NCBI GenBank assembly: GCA_947623555.1
Contig: CANQGW010000005.1
Coordinates: forward strand, 1 to 59,928
Origin: an uncultured Clostridia bacterium
GTDB taxonomy: Bacteria > Bacillota > Clostridia > TANB77 > CAG-508
Direction: 5' to 3'
DNA: 59,928 bases
Of the stretch, positions 1 through 9,262 are shown piece after piece; position 1 is the stretch's first letter; each line of letters starts with the position of its first letter. Both the position numbers and the translations under genes were made by a program. The notes below the pieces were generated by a model that ran no database searches, was not told the DNA's origin, and worked only from the letters and a program-made list of their open reading frames with translations.

Positions 1-101
1 AAAGTGTTGAAGCAATTGACATTGAAGGATTAGAAAAAAAGATAAAAAAATTGCCTACATTTACTTGACACATACTTTAAAATTTAATGATTACAAATAT
101 G

Positions 102-130
102 TTGATAAAAATAAAAAAATATTATATAAT
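102..130 (+). promoter_or_regulatory. sigma-70-type promoter upstream of tRNA-Arg
   Basis: TTGATA (102-107), 17-nt spacer, TATAAT (125-130), about 19 nt upstream of the tRNA 5' end. Confidence 0.5.
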
Positions 131-148
131 TAATTATGCGTAAAATAT

Positions 149-225
149 GTGTCTGTAGCTCAGTTGGATAGAGCACTCGCCTCCTAAGCGAGGGGTCGCT
201 GGTTCAATTCCAGTCAGGCACACCA
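149..225 (+). tRNA. tRNA-Arg (anticodon CCU)
   Basis: Cloverleaf read by eye: acceptor GTGTCTG/CAGGCAC, D arm GCTCAGTTGGATAGAGC, anticodon stem CTCGC/GCGAG with 7-nt loop CTCCTAA, T loop GGTTCAATTCC, encoded CCA. Confidence 0.9.
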
Positions 226-271
226 TAAAAGGTACATTTACATTGTGCAAAAGTTATATATAAAAAGTCAA

Positions 272-495
272 AAAATTTTCTTTAAGGTTTATACTTAAAG
301 AAAATTTTTATATATTTATAGTAGCAATAAAAGCCTACAATGTCAAGTAAAAATGGCAAAGTTTTATATAAATTTTTTTAAAAATATTTTCAAAAATTCC
401 TCATTTTTTGAAGTTGAAAAAATGCTTGTAATTAAGCGGTGTAGCTTATTACAAACATTTTTGCATTTTCTTTAAGTATAAACTTTAAAGAAAAG
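272..495. promoter_or_regulatory. putative invertible promoter cassette A, promoter currently facing away from the downstream gene
   Basis: Left site 272-308 (15-nt arms AAAATTTTCTTTAAG/CTTAAAGAAAATTTT, spacer GTTTATA). Right site 466-495 has the same arms with reverse-complement spacer TATAAAC. Interior has a minus-strand promoter (TTGACA = 346-341, 17-nt spacer with TGn, TACTAT = 323-318) and a symmetric A-tract/stem/T-tract hairpin at 415-465. Whole cassette is repeated at 1941-2165. Confidence 0.55.
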
Positions 496-512
496 TTGCG
501 AAGGAGGAAAAA

Positions 513-1891
513 ATGTTGAAAAACAAAGGAATAACGCTAATCGCGTTAGTAGTAACCATAGTAGTATTATTAATATTAGCAGGTGTAAGTATAACTGCTG
601 TATTTGGAGAAAATGGAATAATAAATGGAGCCCAAAAGGCAAAAGATAAAACAGATGAATCTATAGAGCAAGAGCAAGAAGATGTAGGAAAACTAGTTAA
701 TCAATTAGAAGAGTTTGAAAGAGAAAGTTTGCCAGATACAGTAAAAGAAGCCATACAAAAAGGAACAATATTTACTGTAAATAAGCAAATAAAAGATGCA
801 ACTGGAAAGACAATGACAGTGCCAAAGGGGTTTAAAGTAAAAGAAGGAGAACTAATAGAAAATGGAGTAGTAATAGCAGACAGCGAAGGAAATGAATTTG
901 TGTGGATACCTTGTACAGTAGATGAATACAAAAAACATGACTATGAAGTAAAAGAGATAGATGATACTTCTAATAAAGCTGATGGAGAAAATAACGATAA
1001 AGGCTGGAACACACGTTCTTATAGAGCATATAATGACTGGAAAGATGATGAAATAGATGAAGCAGCAAATAAGAAAAGTGTACAAAATAATGGAGGCTTT
1101 TATATAGCAAGATATGAAGCAGGAGTACCAAAGGGTGCTAGCTTTTATGTAGATGCTTCAAGTGATAATAAACCATATCAAACAAGTAAAAATGATATAA
1201 GCGGAAATATAAAGCCAGTAAGTAAAAAAGGTGTGCAAGCATGGAATTTAATAAGTCAAATAAATGCTAAAGAAGTATCAGGAAGAATGTATAATGGAGA
1301 TAGTTACGGAGTAAGAAGTCAATTAGTAGATGGAACGGCATGGGATACGGTCGTAACATGGATGTCAAAAGATAGTAATTATAGTGGTATAGAAAAAGAT
1401 AGTACAAAATATGGAAACTATGCAGATAGTACTGGAAATAATCAAATAACAGCAGAGAATTGTTTATTTGCAGAACACTTATATAATTCTACAAGTAAAA
1501 CTTGGTACCTAGGAAAGAATTACCAATATGGATTATTCACATCTGGATATACAGCTTCGTACAAAGTTCCTGAAGGTGAAGGTGCAAACTATAATGGTTA
1601 TGATAGTGATGAAAAATGCACATATAATCATTATGTAGAAATGGCAACAGGAGTAAGTAGCAATACAAAATTAAAAAATATATGATATGGCAGGAAATAT
1701 TTATGAATGGACTACAGAATATGGATATCACGGTAACACATCCAGCAGTAAGAAGTACGCTGTTCTTCGTGGGGGGCGGTTTGAGCAACTTCGGTAATGA
1801 GAGTTCAGTTTCCATCCGCAATGGTATGCATTCGGACTCTGATGTAGGTCATCCTAGCCTCGGTTTCCGTGTTGTACTTTATGTAAAGTAA
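513..1891 (+). pseudogene. prepilin-leader / FGE-sulfatase-domain protein, paralog A, frame-disrupted
   Basis: ORFs 513-1685 and 1682-1891 are collinear with the intact paralog at 2183-3580. The frame breaks at an (AT)4->(AT)3 contraction near 1678-1685, creating in-frame TGA 1683-1685. It breaks again at in-frame CGG 1777-1779. The final frame ends in the shared GFRVVLYVK. Confidence 0.75.
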
Positions 1892-1940
1892 CAACACACT
1901 TTATTATAATAAAAAGAAATAAGTTAGCTGTAAAAAACAA

Positions 1941-2165
1941 AAAACTTTTCTTTAAGGTTTATACTTAAAGAAAAGTTTTATATGTTTATAGTAACAATAA
2001 AAGCCTACAATGTCAAGGGAAAACACCAAAGTTTTATATAATTTTTTTGAAAAATATTTTTAAAAATTCCTCATTTTTTAAACTTTAAAAAATGCTTGTA
2101 ATTAAGCGGTGGGGCTTATTACAAGCATTTTTGCATTTTCTTTAAGTATAAACCTTAAAGAAAAG
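1941..2165. promoter_or_regulatory. putative invertible promoter cassette B, same orientation state as cassette A
   Basis: Left site 1941-1979 (16-nt arms, spacer GTTTATA). Right site 2136-2165 (spacer TATAAAC). Minus-strand TTGACA (2016-2011), 17 nt, TACTAT (1993-1988). Hairpin AAAAATGCTTGTAAT...ATTACAAGCATTTTT at about 2085-2133. Confidence 0.55.
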
Positions 2166-2182
2166 TTGCGAAGGAGGAAAAA

Positions 2183-3580
2183 GTGTTGAAAAACAAAGGA
2201 ATAACGCTAATTGCATTAGTAGTAACCATAGTGGTTTTATTAATATTAGCAGGAGTAAGTATAACAGCAGTGTTTGGAGAAAATGGAATAATAAGCGGAG
2301 CACAAAAGGCAAAAGAAAAAACAGATGAATCTATAAAACAAGAGCAAGAGGATGTAGGAAAACTAGTTAATCAATTAGAAGAGTTTGAAAGAGAAAGTTT
2401 GCCAGATACAGTAAAAGAAGCAATACAAAAAGGAACAATATTTGCTGTAAATAAGCAAATAAAAGATGAAACTGGAAAGACAATGACCGTGCCAAAGGGG
2501 TTTAAAGTAAAAGAAGGCACAACTATAGATGAAGGAGTAGTAATAGCAGATAGCGAAGGAAATGAATTTGTGTGGGTGCCATGTGAAGATGGAGCTTACA
2601 AAAAACATGAATATGAAGTAAAACAGGTGAATGATACCTCTAGTACAGCTGATGGAGAAAATAAGGATAAAGGCTGGAACACAATTTATTATAGAAAATA
2701 TAGTGACTGGAAAGATGATGAAGTAGATGAAACAGAAAATAAGAAAAGTGTACAAAATAATGGAGGCTTTTATATAGCAAGATATGAAGCAGGAGTACCA
2801 AGTAATGCAGACTTTTATGTAGATGAAAGTACATCTGACAAAAGTTATAAAGATGCAAATTCAAAAGATACAACGCAAACAAAAAATGGTGAAAATTTAA
2901 AACCAGTAAGTAAAGCAGGAAATCAATGCTGGAACTTAATAAGTCAAATAAATGCTAAAGAAGTATCAGGAAAAATGTATAGTGGAGATAGTTATGGAGT
3001 AAGAAGTCAATTAGTAGATGGAACAGCGTGGGATACGGTCGTAACATGGATATCAAAAGATAGTAATTATAGTGGTATAGAAAAAAATAGTCTCACACAT
3101 GGAAACTATGCAGATAGTGCTGGAAAAAATCAAATAATAGAAGAGAATTGTTTATTTGCAGAACACTTATATAACTCTACAAGTAAAACTTGGTGCATAG
3201 GAAAGAATTATCAATATGGATTATTCACATCTGGATATACAGCTTCATACAAAGTTCCTGAAGGTGAAGGTGCAAACTATAATGGTTATGATAGTGATGA
3301 AAAATGCACATATGCTCATTATGTAGAAATGGCAACAGGAGTAAGTAATAATACAAAATTAAAAAATATATATGACATGGCAGGAAATATGTACGAGTGG
3401 ACTACAGAATATGGATATCACGGTAGCACGTCTAGCAGTACGAAGTACGCTGTTCGTCGTGGAGGCAGCTTCTGGAGCACTGGTACCAACTGTCCAGTCT
3501 CTTACCGCCTTGGTGACGTTACGGCGACGGTCGCGGGTGTTCCTAGCTTCGGTTTCCGTGTCGTACTTTATGTAAAGTAG
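2183..3580 (+). CDS. prepilin-type N-terminal leader protein with C-terminal FGE-sulfatase (SUMF1-like) domain, paralog B
   Basis: 465-aa ORF with GTG start 7 nt after GGAGGA. N-terminus MLKNKGITLIALVVTIVVLLILAG looks like a type IV pilin-like cleavage/methylation signal plus hydrophobic helix. C-terminus carries FGE-type motifs (YEWT, RRGGSF, GFRVV). Confidence 0.8.
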   Translation: MLKNKGITLIALVVTIVVLLILAGVSITAVFGENGIISGAQKAKEKTDESIKQEQEDVGKLVNQLEEFERESLPDTVKEAIQKGTIFAVNKQIKDETGKTMTVPKGFKVKEGTTIDEGVVIADSEGNEFVWVPCEDGAYKKHEYEVKQVNDTSSTADGENKDKGWNTIYYRKYSDWKDDEVDETENKKSVQNNGGFYIARYEAGVPSNADFYVDESTSDKSYKDANSKDTTQTKNGENLKPVSKAGNQCWNLISQINAKEVSGKMYSGDSYGVRSQLVDGTAWDTVVTWISKDSNYSGIEKNSLTHGNYADSAGKNQIIEENCLFAEHLYNSTSKTWCIGKNYQYGLFTSGYTASYKVPEGEGANYNGYDSDEKCTYAHYVEMATGVSNNTKLKNIYDMAGNMYEWTTEYGYHGSTSSSTKYAVRRGGSFWSTGTNCPVSYRLGDVTATVAGVPSFGFRVVLYVK

Positions 3581-3670
3581 AAATAGGTCACAATATGAAA
3601 GGAAAGACTGGTTATGTAAATAATTTTGTGTATTTCAGTATTTCATTATGTTAACAATTCTGATATTTTT

Positions 3671-3717
3671 AAACTGCCAATATAGCAATAAAATCATATA
3701 TTGGCAGTTTAATTTTA
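3671..3717 (+). terminator. rho-independent terminator
   Basis: 13-bp stem AAACTGCCAATAT/ATATTGGCAGTTT followed by a T-rich tract. Confidence 0.6.
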
Positions 3718-3786
3718 TCTGTTGTCTTCTTAATAAACAATGCATACACTTCTTACACAAAAGAAATTTAGTCAAAATGTTTATAA

Positions 3787-3815
3787 TTGACAAATAAAGC
3801 AATATAGGATAATAT
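3787..3815 (+). promoter_or_regulatory. sigma-70-type promoter for tadA
   Basis: TTGACA (3787-3792), 17-nt spacer, TAATAT (3810-3815). Confidence 0.45.
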
Positions 3816-3855
3816 AGTTATTGCTAAAGCTTAATAAAAAATAATGGGAGTACTA

Positions 3856-4317
3856 ATGAAAGAAAAAGAAAAATTTATGAAAGAAGCAATTAAACAAGCT
3901 CAAAAAGCGTATAACAAACAAGAAATTCCAGTAGGAGCTGTTATTGTTAAAAATAATAAAATTATTGCTAGAGCATATAATAAAAAAGAAGAAACTAAAA
4001 CTGCAACACATCATGCAGAAATATTAGCAATTCAAAAAGCTAGTAAAAAGTTAGGTTCATGGCGCTTAACTGGCTGTGAAATGTATGTTACACTAGAGCC
4101 ATGCAGTATGTGCGCGGGGGCATTAATTCAAGCAAGGATAAAAAAAGTATATATAGGAACAATGGACGAAAAAACAGGTAGTTGTGGTTCTGTTTTAAAT
4201 TTGCTTGAAGACTTTACATTTAATCATAAAGTAGAAATAGAAACAGGAATTATGCAAAAAGAATGTGAAAATATATTAAAAAATTTTTTTAAAGATTTAA
4301 GAAAAAGTAAAAAATAA
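3856..4317 (+). CDS. tadA: tRNA-specific adenosine deaminase
   Basis: CMP/dCMP deaminase zinc motifs HAE and PCSMCAGA. ATG 3856 follows GGGAG; the ORF track start at 3844 is also possible. Confidence 0.9.
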   Translation: MKEKEKFMKEAIKQAQKAYNKQEIPVGAVIVKNNKIIARAYNKKEETKTATHHAEILAIQKASKKLGSWRLTGCEMYVTLEPCSMCAGALIQARIKKVYIGTMDEKTGSCGSVLNLLEDFTFNHKVEIETGIMQKECENILKNFFKDLRKSKK

Positions 4318-4323
4318 TTATAA

Positions 4324-4417
4324 GGAGCGGTATCGAAGTGGTCATAACGAGGTTGACTCGAAATCAATTGGGCGCCTTAAAAGCGCCACGTGGGTTCGAA
4401 TCCCACCCGCTCCGCCA
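4324..4417 (+). tRNA. tRNA-Ser (anticodon CGA)
   Basis: Acceptor GGAGCGG/CCGCTCC, anticodon loop CTCGAAA, long variable arm GGGCGCC...GGCGCC, T loop GGTTCGAATCC, encoded CCA. Confidence 0.85.
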
Positions 4418-4441
4418 TAAATAAGAAGGAGGAAGTTTGTT

Positions 4442-5182
4442 TTGATTACAGAAGAAAAAAAACAAACAATAAAATTAATTGTTGCCGTTGCAATTTTATC
4501 ATTAATACTTATATTAGTTGCTATGTTAATGATAAAATATAACGTAGAAGGCGAAAAGAACATGCCATTTAAATTGTCTAAAATTGTAGTTATTAGTACA
4601 GCAGAAGGGTTAGAAAAGGAAAATAGTAAAACCAAATGGGATTTTGATATATATCAAAATAATGATGTATATTTTTACATAGATTCAAATACAGATGATG
4701 AGAATTTATTAATAAAAAGTGTAAAAATAGATAATATTAATGTAACAAAAGCGCCTCAAAAAGGCACAGTGAAAGCATATATGCCAAATAGCGAAGGAAA
4801 CAGGCTATATTCCATAGAAGACAAGTTTGTAGTAGATGAAAAGCTAGAGTATAAAGGCGCAAGCCAAAGTAGTTATACAAATTTAGAAATTGGTAGCAAA
4901 GGCGGAACAACATGGATCTCTTTTAACAACATGGGAATAGGAAATTATACTTCTGATGATGACACTCAAATAGTACATGATGGCACATGGCTTAAAAAAC
5001 TTAACATTTCAAAAGAAGAAGTAGAATTTTCAGTTTCATTTGATTACACAATAGAAACTACTAAAAATAAATATAAAGCAAATATTACATTAGACTTTCC
5101 AACTGGAGATATTGCAAGTAATGGAAGTGGATATTTAGAAAAAACAGATATGGAAGACATTGTATTTAAAAGAGAAAAGTAA
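4442..5182 (+). CDS. hypothetical N-terminally membrane-anchored protein
   Basis: 246-aa ORF, TTG start 9 nt after AGGAGG, single N-terminal hydrophobic helix, no recognisable motif. Confidence 0.6.
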   Translation: MITEEKKQTIKLIVAVAILSLILILVAMLMIKYNVEGEKNMPFKLSKIVVISTAEGLEKENSKTKWDFDIYQNNDVYFYIDSNTDDENLLIKSVKIDNINVTKAPQKGTVKAYMPNSEGNRLYSIEDKFVVDEKLEYKGASQSSYTNLEIGSKGGTTWISFNNMGIGNYTSDDDTQIVHDGTWLKKLNISKEEVEFSVSFDYTIETTKNKYKANITLDFPTGDIASNGSGYLEKTDMEDIVFKREK

Positions 5183-5190
5183 TATAGTAC

Positions 5191-5219
5191 TTGATAAATT
5201 AAATAAAAAAGTATATAAT
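5191..5219 (+). promoter_or_regulatory. sigma-70-type promoter for SRP RNA
   Basis: TTGATA (5191-5196), 17-nt spacer, TATAAT (5214-5219). Confidence 0.55.
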
Positions 5220-5223
5220 TCAA

Positions 5224-5380
5224 ATGGTATGAGTTTTATAATTTGGCCATTGTATGGAAAGTAAAGCCAGCAGAAGCCTATGAATCTTGTCAGGTCCGGA
5301 AGGAAGCAGCAATAAGTAGTAACTTCTGTGTGGCAATTACTTTCCATAGAGTGGCTAAAAACAAAAAACATCATACCATT
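5224..5380 (+). ncRNA. ffs: signal recognition particle RNA (small type)
   Basis: Conserved domain IV sequence GTCAGGTCCGGAAGGAAGCAGC. Long imperfect hairpin closed by ATGGTATGA (5224-5232)/TCATACCAT (5371-5379). GC-rich island directly upstream of dnaX, the usual Firmicute position. Confidence 0.8.
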
Positions 5381-5404
5381 TTATTAAAGTAAAGAGGTAA
5401 AAAT

Positions 5405-7006
5405 ATGGCATATACAGCTTTATATAGAAAATTTAGACCACTAAAATTTGAAGACATGGTAGGGCAAGAGCATATTACTAAAACAATAAAAAATCAAATA
5501 ATATCAGGAAGAGTAGGTCATGCTTATTTACTAAATGGTGGAAGGGGAACTGGAAAAACCACCACAGCTAAAATATTAGCAAGAGCAGTAAATTGCTTAA
5601 ATCCACAAAACGGTGAACCATGTAATGAATGTGAAATATGCAAAGCAGCACTTTCTGGCTCATTAACAGATATTGTAGAGATGGATGCAGCCTCAAATAA
5701 TAGTGTAGATGACATTAGAGCAATACGTGATGAAGTTAACTTTTTACCAACACTTGCAAAATACAGGGTATATATTATAGATGAGGTGCACATGCTATCA
5801 ACAGGTGCATTTAATGCACTTCTTAAAACATTAGAAGAACCACCGGCACATGTAAAGTTTATTTTGGCAACAACAGAGCCACAAAAATTACCTGCAACTA
5901 TTCTTTCTAGATGCCAAAGGTTTGACTTTAAAAAAATTTCAAACGAAGATATAATAAAAAGGCTAGAATATGTATGCAAAGAAAGTAATATTGAAATTAC
6001 AAATGAAGCTTTAAAACTTATAGCTATTTTGTCTGAAGGCGCAATGAGAGACGCATTAAGTATTTTAGAAAGATGTTTGCAAGAAGGAAACAAAAAAATA
6101 GATGAAGATTTTGTAAAAGATTTAGTAGGAATTCCAAAACTAACATTTATATCTAAAATAATGGAATCCGTAGTAAACAGCAATGTAGAAGATGCATTAA
6201 AAACAATAGAACAAATAGAAAACGAAGGAAAAGATCTTCAAAACCTTTTATGGGAATTAATAAAATATACAAAAGATATATTAGTATATAAAACAAGTAA
6301 TAATCTTCAAATATATAGTGAAGAAGAAAAAAAGCAAATTAGCACTTTGGCAGAAAAAATTTCAAAAGAAAGGTTGCTTGACTTAATTTACACATTTTCT
6401 GAACTAGAAAACGAAATGAAATGGTCGTCTCAAAAAACAGTTTTATTTGAAGTAGCAATAATTAAAATGTGTAGCCCAAAACAAGAAGCCTCAAAACAAG
6501 GGCTAGAGGATATATACACAAGGCTAAATAATATAGAAGAAGAGATAAGGTCTGGTGTAAAAATACAAAAAGATCAAAAACAGCAAAATGAAAAAGTAAA
6601 AAGCGAACCTAAAATAGCTAATATACCAAAACCAAAAGTGGAAAAAGTTACAGATATGCAAATAGAAAAATTAGATTTTTGGCCTAAAATAATACAAAAC
6701 TTAAAAGACCAAAGAAAAATGATGTTAGTAAGTAATTTACTAAATACTGTAGCTACTATGCTTAACGATATGACTGTTGGAATTGTTTTTCAAAATGGTT
6801 TGACACCATTTGTAAAAAGTATTATAGAAAAACCAGAAAATTTTCAAGAGTTAACAAGGTTAATTTCTATAGAATGTGGAAAACAAATGACAATAAAACT
6901 ATTAGACTGCCAAGATGAAATACTTAAAAAGAAAGCAAAAGAAACTCATCCAGAAGAAAAAGTAATTAAAGAATTAGATATTCCTATTAATATAATAGAA
7001 GAGTAA
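5405..7006 (+). CDS. dnaX: DNA polymerase III subunit gamma/tau
   Basis: Walker A GGRGTGKTT, Cys-rich zinc module CNECEIC, clamp-loader AAA+ layout, synteny with ybaB-recR. Confidence 0.95.
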   Translation: MAYTALYRKFRPLKFEDMVGQEHITKTIKNQIISGRVGHAYLLNGGRGTGKTTTAKILARAVNCLNPQNGEPCNECEICKAALSGSLTDIVEMDAASNNSVDDIRAIRDEVNFLPTLAKYRVYIIDEVHMLSTGAFNALLKTLEEPPAHVKFILATTEPQKLPATILSRCQRFDFKKISNEDIIKRLEYVCKESNIEITNEALKLIAILSEGAMRDALSILERCLQEGNKKIDEDFVKDLVGIPKLTFISKIMESVVNSNVEDALKTIEQIENEGKDLQNLLWELIKYTKDILVYKTSNNLQIYSEEEKKQISTLAEKISKERLLDLIYTFSELENEMKWSSQKTVLFEVAIIKMCSPKQEASKQGLEDIYTRLNNIEEEIRSGVKIQKDQKQQNEKVKSEPKIANIPKPKVEKVTDMQIEKLDFWPKIIQNLKDQRKMMLVSNLLNTVATMLNDMTVGIVFQNGLTPFVKSIIEKPENFQELTRLISIECGKQMTIKLLDCQDEILKKKAKETHPEEKVIKELDIPINIIEE

Positions 7007-7026
7007 AATAAAGGAGGATAAAATTT

Positions 7027-7368
7027 ATGTCAAAAAGAGGTTTCCCAGGAATGGGCGGAGGATTTGGAGGAATGAATATAAATCAGCTAATGAAAGAAGC
7101 AAAAAAAATGCAAGCTGACATGGAAAAATCACAAACTGAATTAGCACAAACAGAATTTGATAGCAGTGTTGGTGGAGGAGCTGTTTATGTAAAAGTAACA
7201 GGTGCTAAAGAAGTAAAAGAAATTAAAATAAAAAAAGAAGTAGTAGACCCAGAAGATGTAGAAATGCTACAAGACTTAATATTAAGTTGTGTAAATGAAG
7301 CATTAAGAAAAGTAGATAATGCACAGTCACAAGCATTTGGAAAATACAATATACCAGGCTTAATGTAA
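7027..7368 (+). CDS. ybaB: YbaB/EbfC family nucleoid-associated protein
   Basis: 113 aa, characteristic size and sequence, located between dnaX and recR. Confidence 0.9.
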   Translation: MSKRGFPGMGGGFGGMNINQLMKEAKKMQADMEKSQTELAQTEFDSSVGGGAVYVKVTGAKEVKEIKIKKEVVDPEDVEMLQDLILSCVNEALRKVDNAQSQAFGKYNIPGLM

Positions 7369-7386
7369 TAAAAAAGGAGCAAAATA

Positions 7387-7986
7387 ATGTCATACTATTC
7401 ACCATCTATTGAAAAATTAATAGAAGCATTTGAAAAATTACCTAGCATAGGAAACAAAACAGCGGCAAGGCTTGCGTTCCATGTGCTAGATGCAAGCGAA
7501 GAAGAAACAAACGAATTTGTTCAAGCTATTTTAGATGCAAAGAAAAACTTAAAATATTGTTCTAAATGTTATAATATTTCAGATACAGACCCATGCCCAA
7601 TTTGTAGTAATCAAAATAGAGATCATACTACTATTTGTGTGGTAGAAGATGTAAGAGATGTTGTAGCCATGGAAAGAACCCATGAGTTTAAAGGAATTTA
7701 CCATGTTTTACATGGAAGTATTTCACCAATGAATGGAGTAGGACCTGATGATATTAAAATAAAAGAACTTCTCTCACATTTAATGGATGGAAGTGTAAAA
7801 GAAATTATTTTAGCAACAAATCCACGTGTAGAAGGTGAAGCTACAGCAATGTATATTTCTAAATTAGTAAAACCATTAGGCGTAAAAGTTACTAGAATAG
7901 CACACGGTATTCCAGTAGGCGGAGATTTAGAATATACTGATGAAGTTACATTAAGTAAAGCATTAGAAGGAAGAAGGGAATTATAA
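7387..7986 (+). CDS. recR: recombination protein RecR
   Basis: Cys4 zinc finger CSKC...CPIC followed by a Toprim domain. Confidence 0.95.
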   Translation: MSYYSPSIEKLIEAFEKLPSIGNKTAARLAFHVLDASEEETNEFVQAILDAKKNLKYCSKCYNISDTDPCPICSNQNRDHTTICVVEDVRDVVAMERTHEFKGIYHVLHGSISPMNGVGPDDIKIKELLSHLMDGSVKEIILATNPRVEGEATAMYISKLVKPLGVKVTRIAHGIPVGGDLEYTDEVTLSKALEGRREL

Positions 7987-9114
7987 TAAATTCCCTAAAA
8001 CAATTTTACAAATATTTTCTGTAGAATTTGGGCGAGCTAATAATTTAGCACATTCGCTCATTTTTTGTAACTTATTTTCATCATTAAATAATTGTACAAT
8101 AATATTTTCGGTTTCCTCATTTTGTTTAAGCCAAATACCAGCACCGTTTTTTTCTAAAAACAAGGCATTTTCTTCTTCTTGACCGGGAATAGGGTTAATA
8201 ATAAGCATTGGCAAACCAGAGGCTAAACTTTCAGTAGTAGTAAGGCCACCGGGTTTAGTAACAACAGCACTTGATATGCTCATAAGTTCAGGAACTTTAT
8301 CTGTAAAACCAAGAATTATGGCTCTATCTTGAGCTTTGCACTCTATAACTAATTGTTCAAAGCTTTCTTTCATTTTTTCATTTTTTCCACTAATTGCTAC
8401 AATTTGACAATTTGGTAGTTTGTTTAGTAAAACTTTTAAAACTTGTACTGTTTTATCTTTTCCCAAGCCAAATTCTCCTCCACCAAAAAATAAAATAACT
8501 TTTTTGTTAGAATCTAATTTAAAATCTTCGCAAATTTTTTCTCTATCAAAACTCTCGCAAAATCTAGAAGACATAGGAATTCCTGTTACATATATTTTAC
8601 TTGCGCAAACACCATAATTTACAATATCGTTTTTCATATTTTCATTAGAAACAAAGAAAAAATCTGTATTTTCATGCCCAATTAACCATTGCTTATGCAT
8701 AGCAAAATCTGTCATAATAGTAGCAAGTACGCAATTTACTTTACCTTTTTTCTTTAAATAACTTACCATTTGGCTACTAAAAGGATGTGTAGAAATTACT
8801 ATATCAGGATTTTTGTTCTGAAGTAATTTATTTAATTTATTAGAAAATAACTTATTGCTATCTTTGCTAATTCTAGAAAGAACGCCCTTTTCAGAGCCAG
8901 AGTAAACTTTCCCCCATAATTTAGGAGCCTTTTTTGCCATTTCACGATAAGCAGCAGTGGTCATTCTTTCAATTGGCTTATTTACATATTTAATACAGTC
9001 TATCATTTCTACTTCGGCAGAAGGAACATTGCTTTCAAAATATTTTAGTATAGACTTTGCAGCAGATAAATGCCCTCCACCATAAGAAGCATAAAAAATA
9101 ATTATTTTTTTCAT
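7981..9114 (-). CDS. MGDG-synthase/UgtP-family glycolipid glycosyltransferase
   Basis: N-terminal [15 protein letters not shown] motif and GT-B C-terminal half ([10 protein letters not shown]) typical of diacylglycerol glycosyltransferases. Confidence 0.8.
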   Translation of the reverse strand: MKKIIIFYASYGGGHLSAAKSILKYFESNVPSAEVEMIDCIKYVNKPIERMTTAAYREMAKKAPKLWGKVYSGSEKGVLSRISKDSNKLFSNKLNKLLQNKNPDIVISTHPFSSQMVSYLKKKGKVNCVLATIMTDFAMHKQWLIGHENTDFFFVSNENMKNDIVNYGVCASKIYVTGIPMSSRFCESFDREKICEDFKLDSNKKVILFFGGGEFGLGKDKTVQVLKVLLNKLPNCQIVAISGKNEKMKESFEQLVIECKAQDRAIILGFTDKVPELMSISSAVVTKPGGLTTTESLASGLPMLIINPIPGQEEENALFLEKNGAGIWLKQNEETENIIVQLFNDENKLQKMSECAKLLARPNSTENICKIVLGNLL

Positions 9115-9262
9115 ATATATATCCTTATAAATTTTTTTAGGCTAAAATAACCCAACCCCATTTTAACACACAAAACTAAAAAAGTATATATTAAAAAATT
9201 TATAATTTAAATATTTGTATAATTTAGTAAAAAATGGACAAAATAGAATCATGGAGGGAAAA

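Noticed and set aside
1-33. Possible 3' end of a plus-strand CDS ending at TAG 31-33
   Set aside because: Only 10 codons are visible, which is not enough to support a call.
3372-3575. 67-aa alternative-frame ORF at the 3' end of FGE paralog B
   Set aside because: It is the off-frame equivalent of the GC-richer tail. Paralog B is intact in its main frame through GFRVVLYVK.
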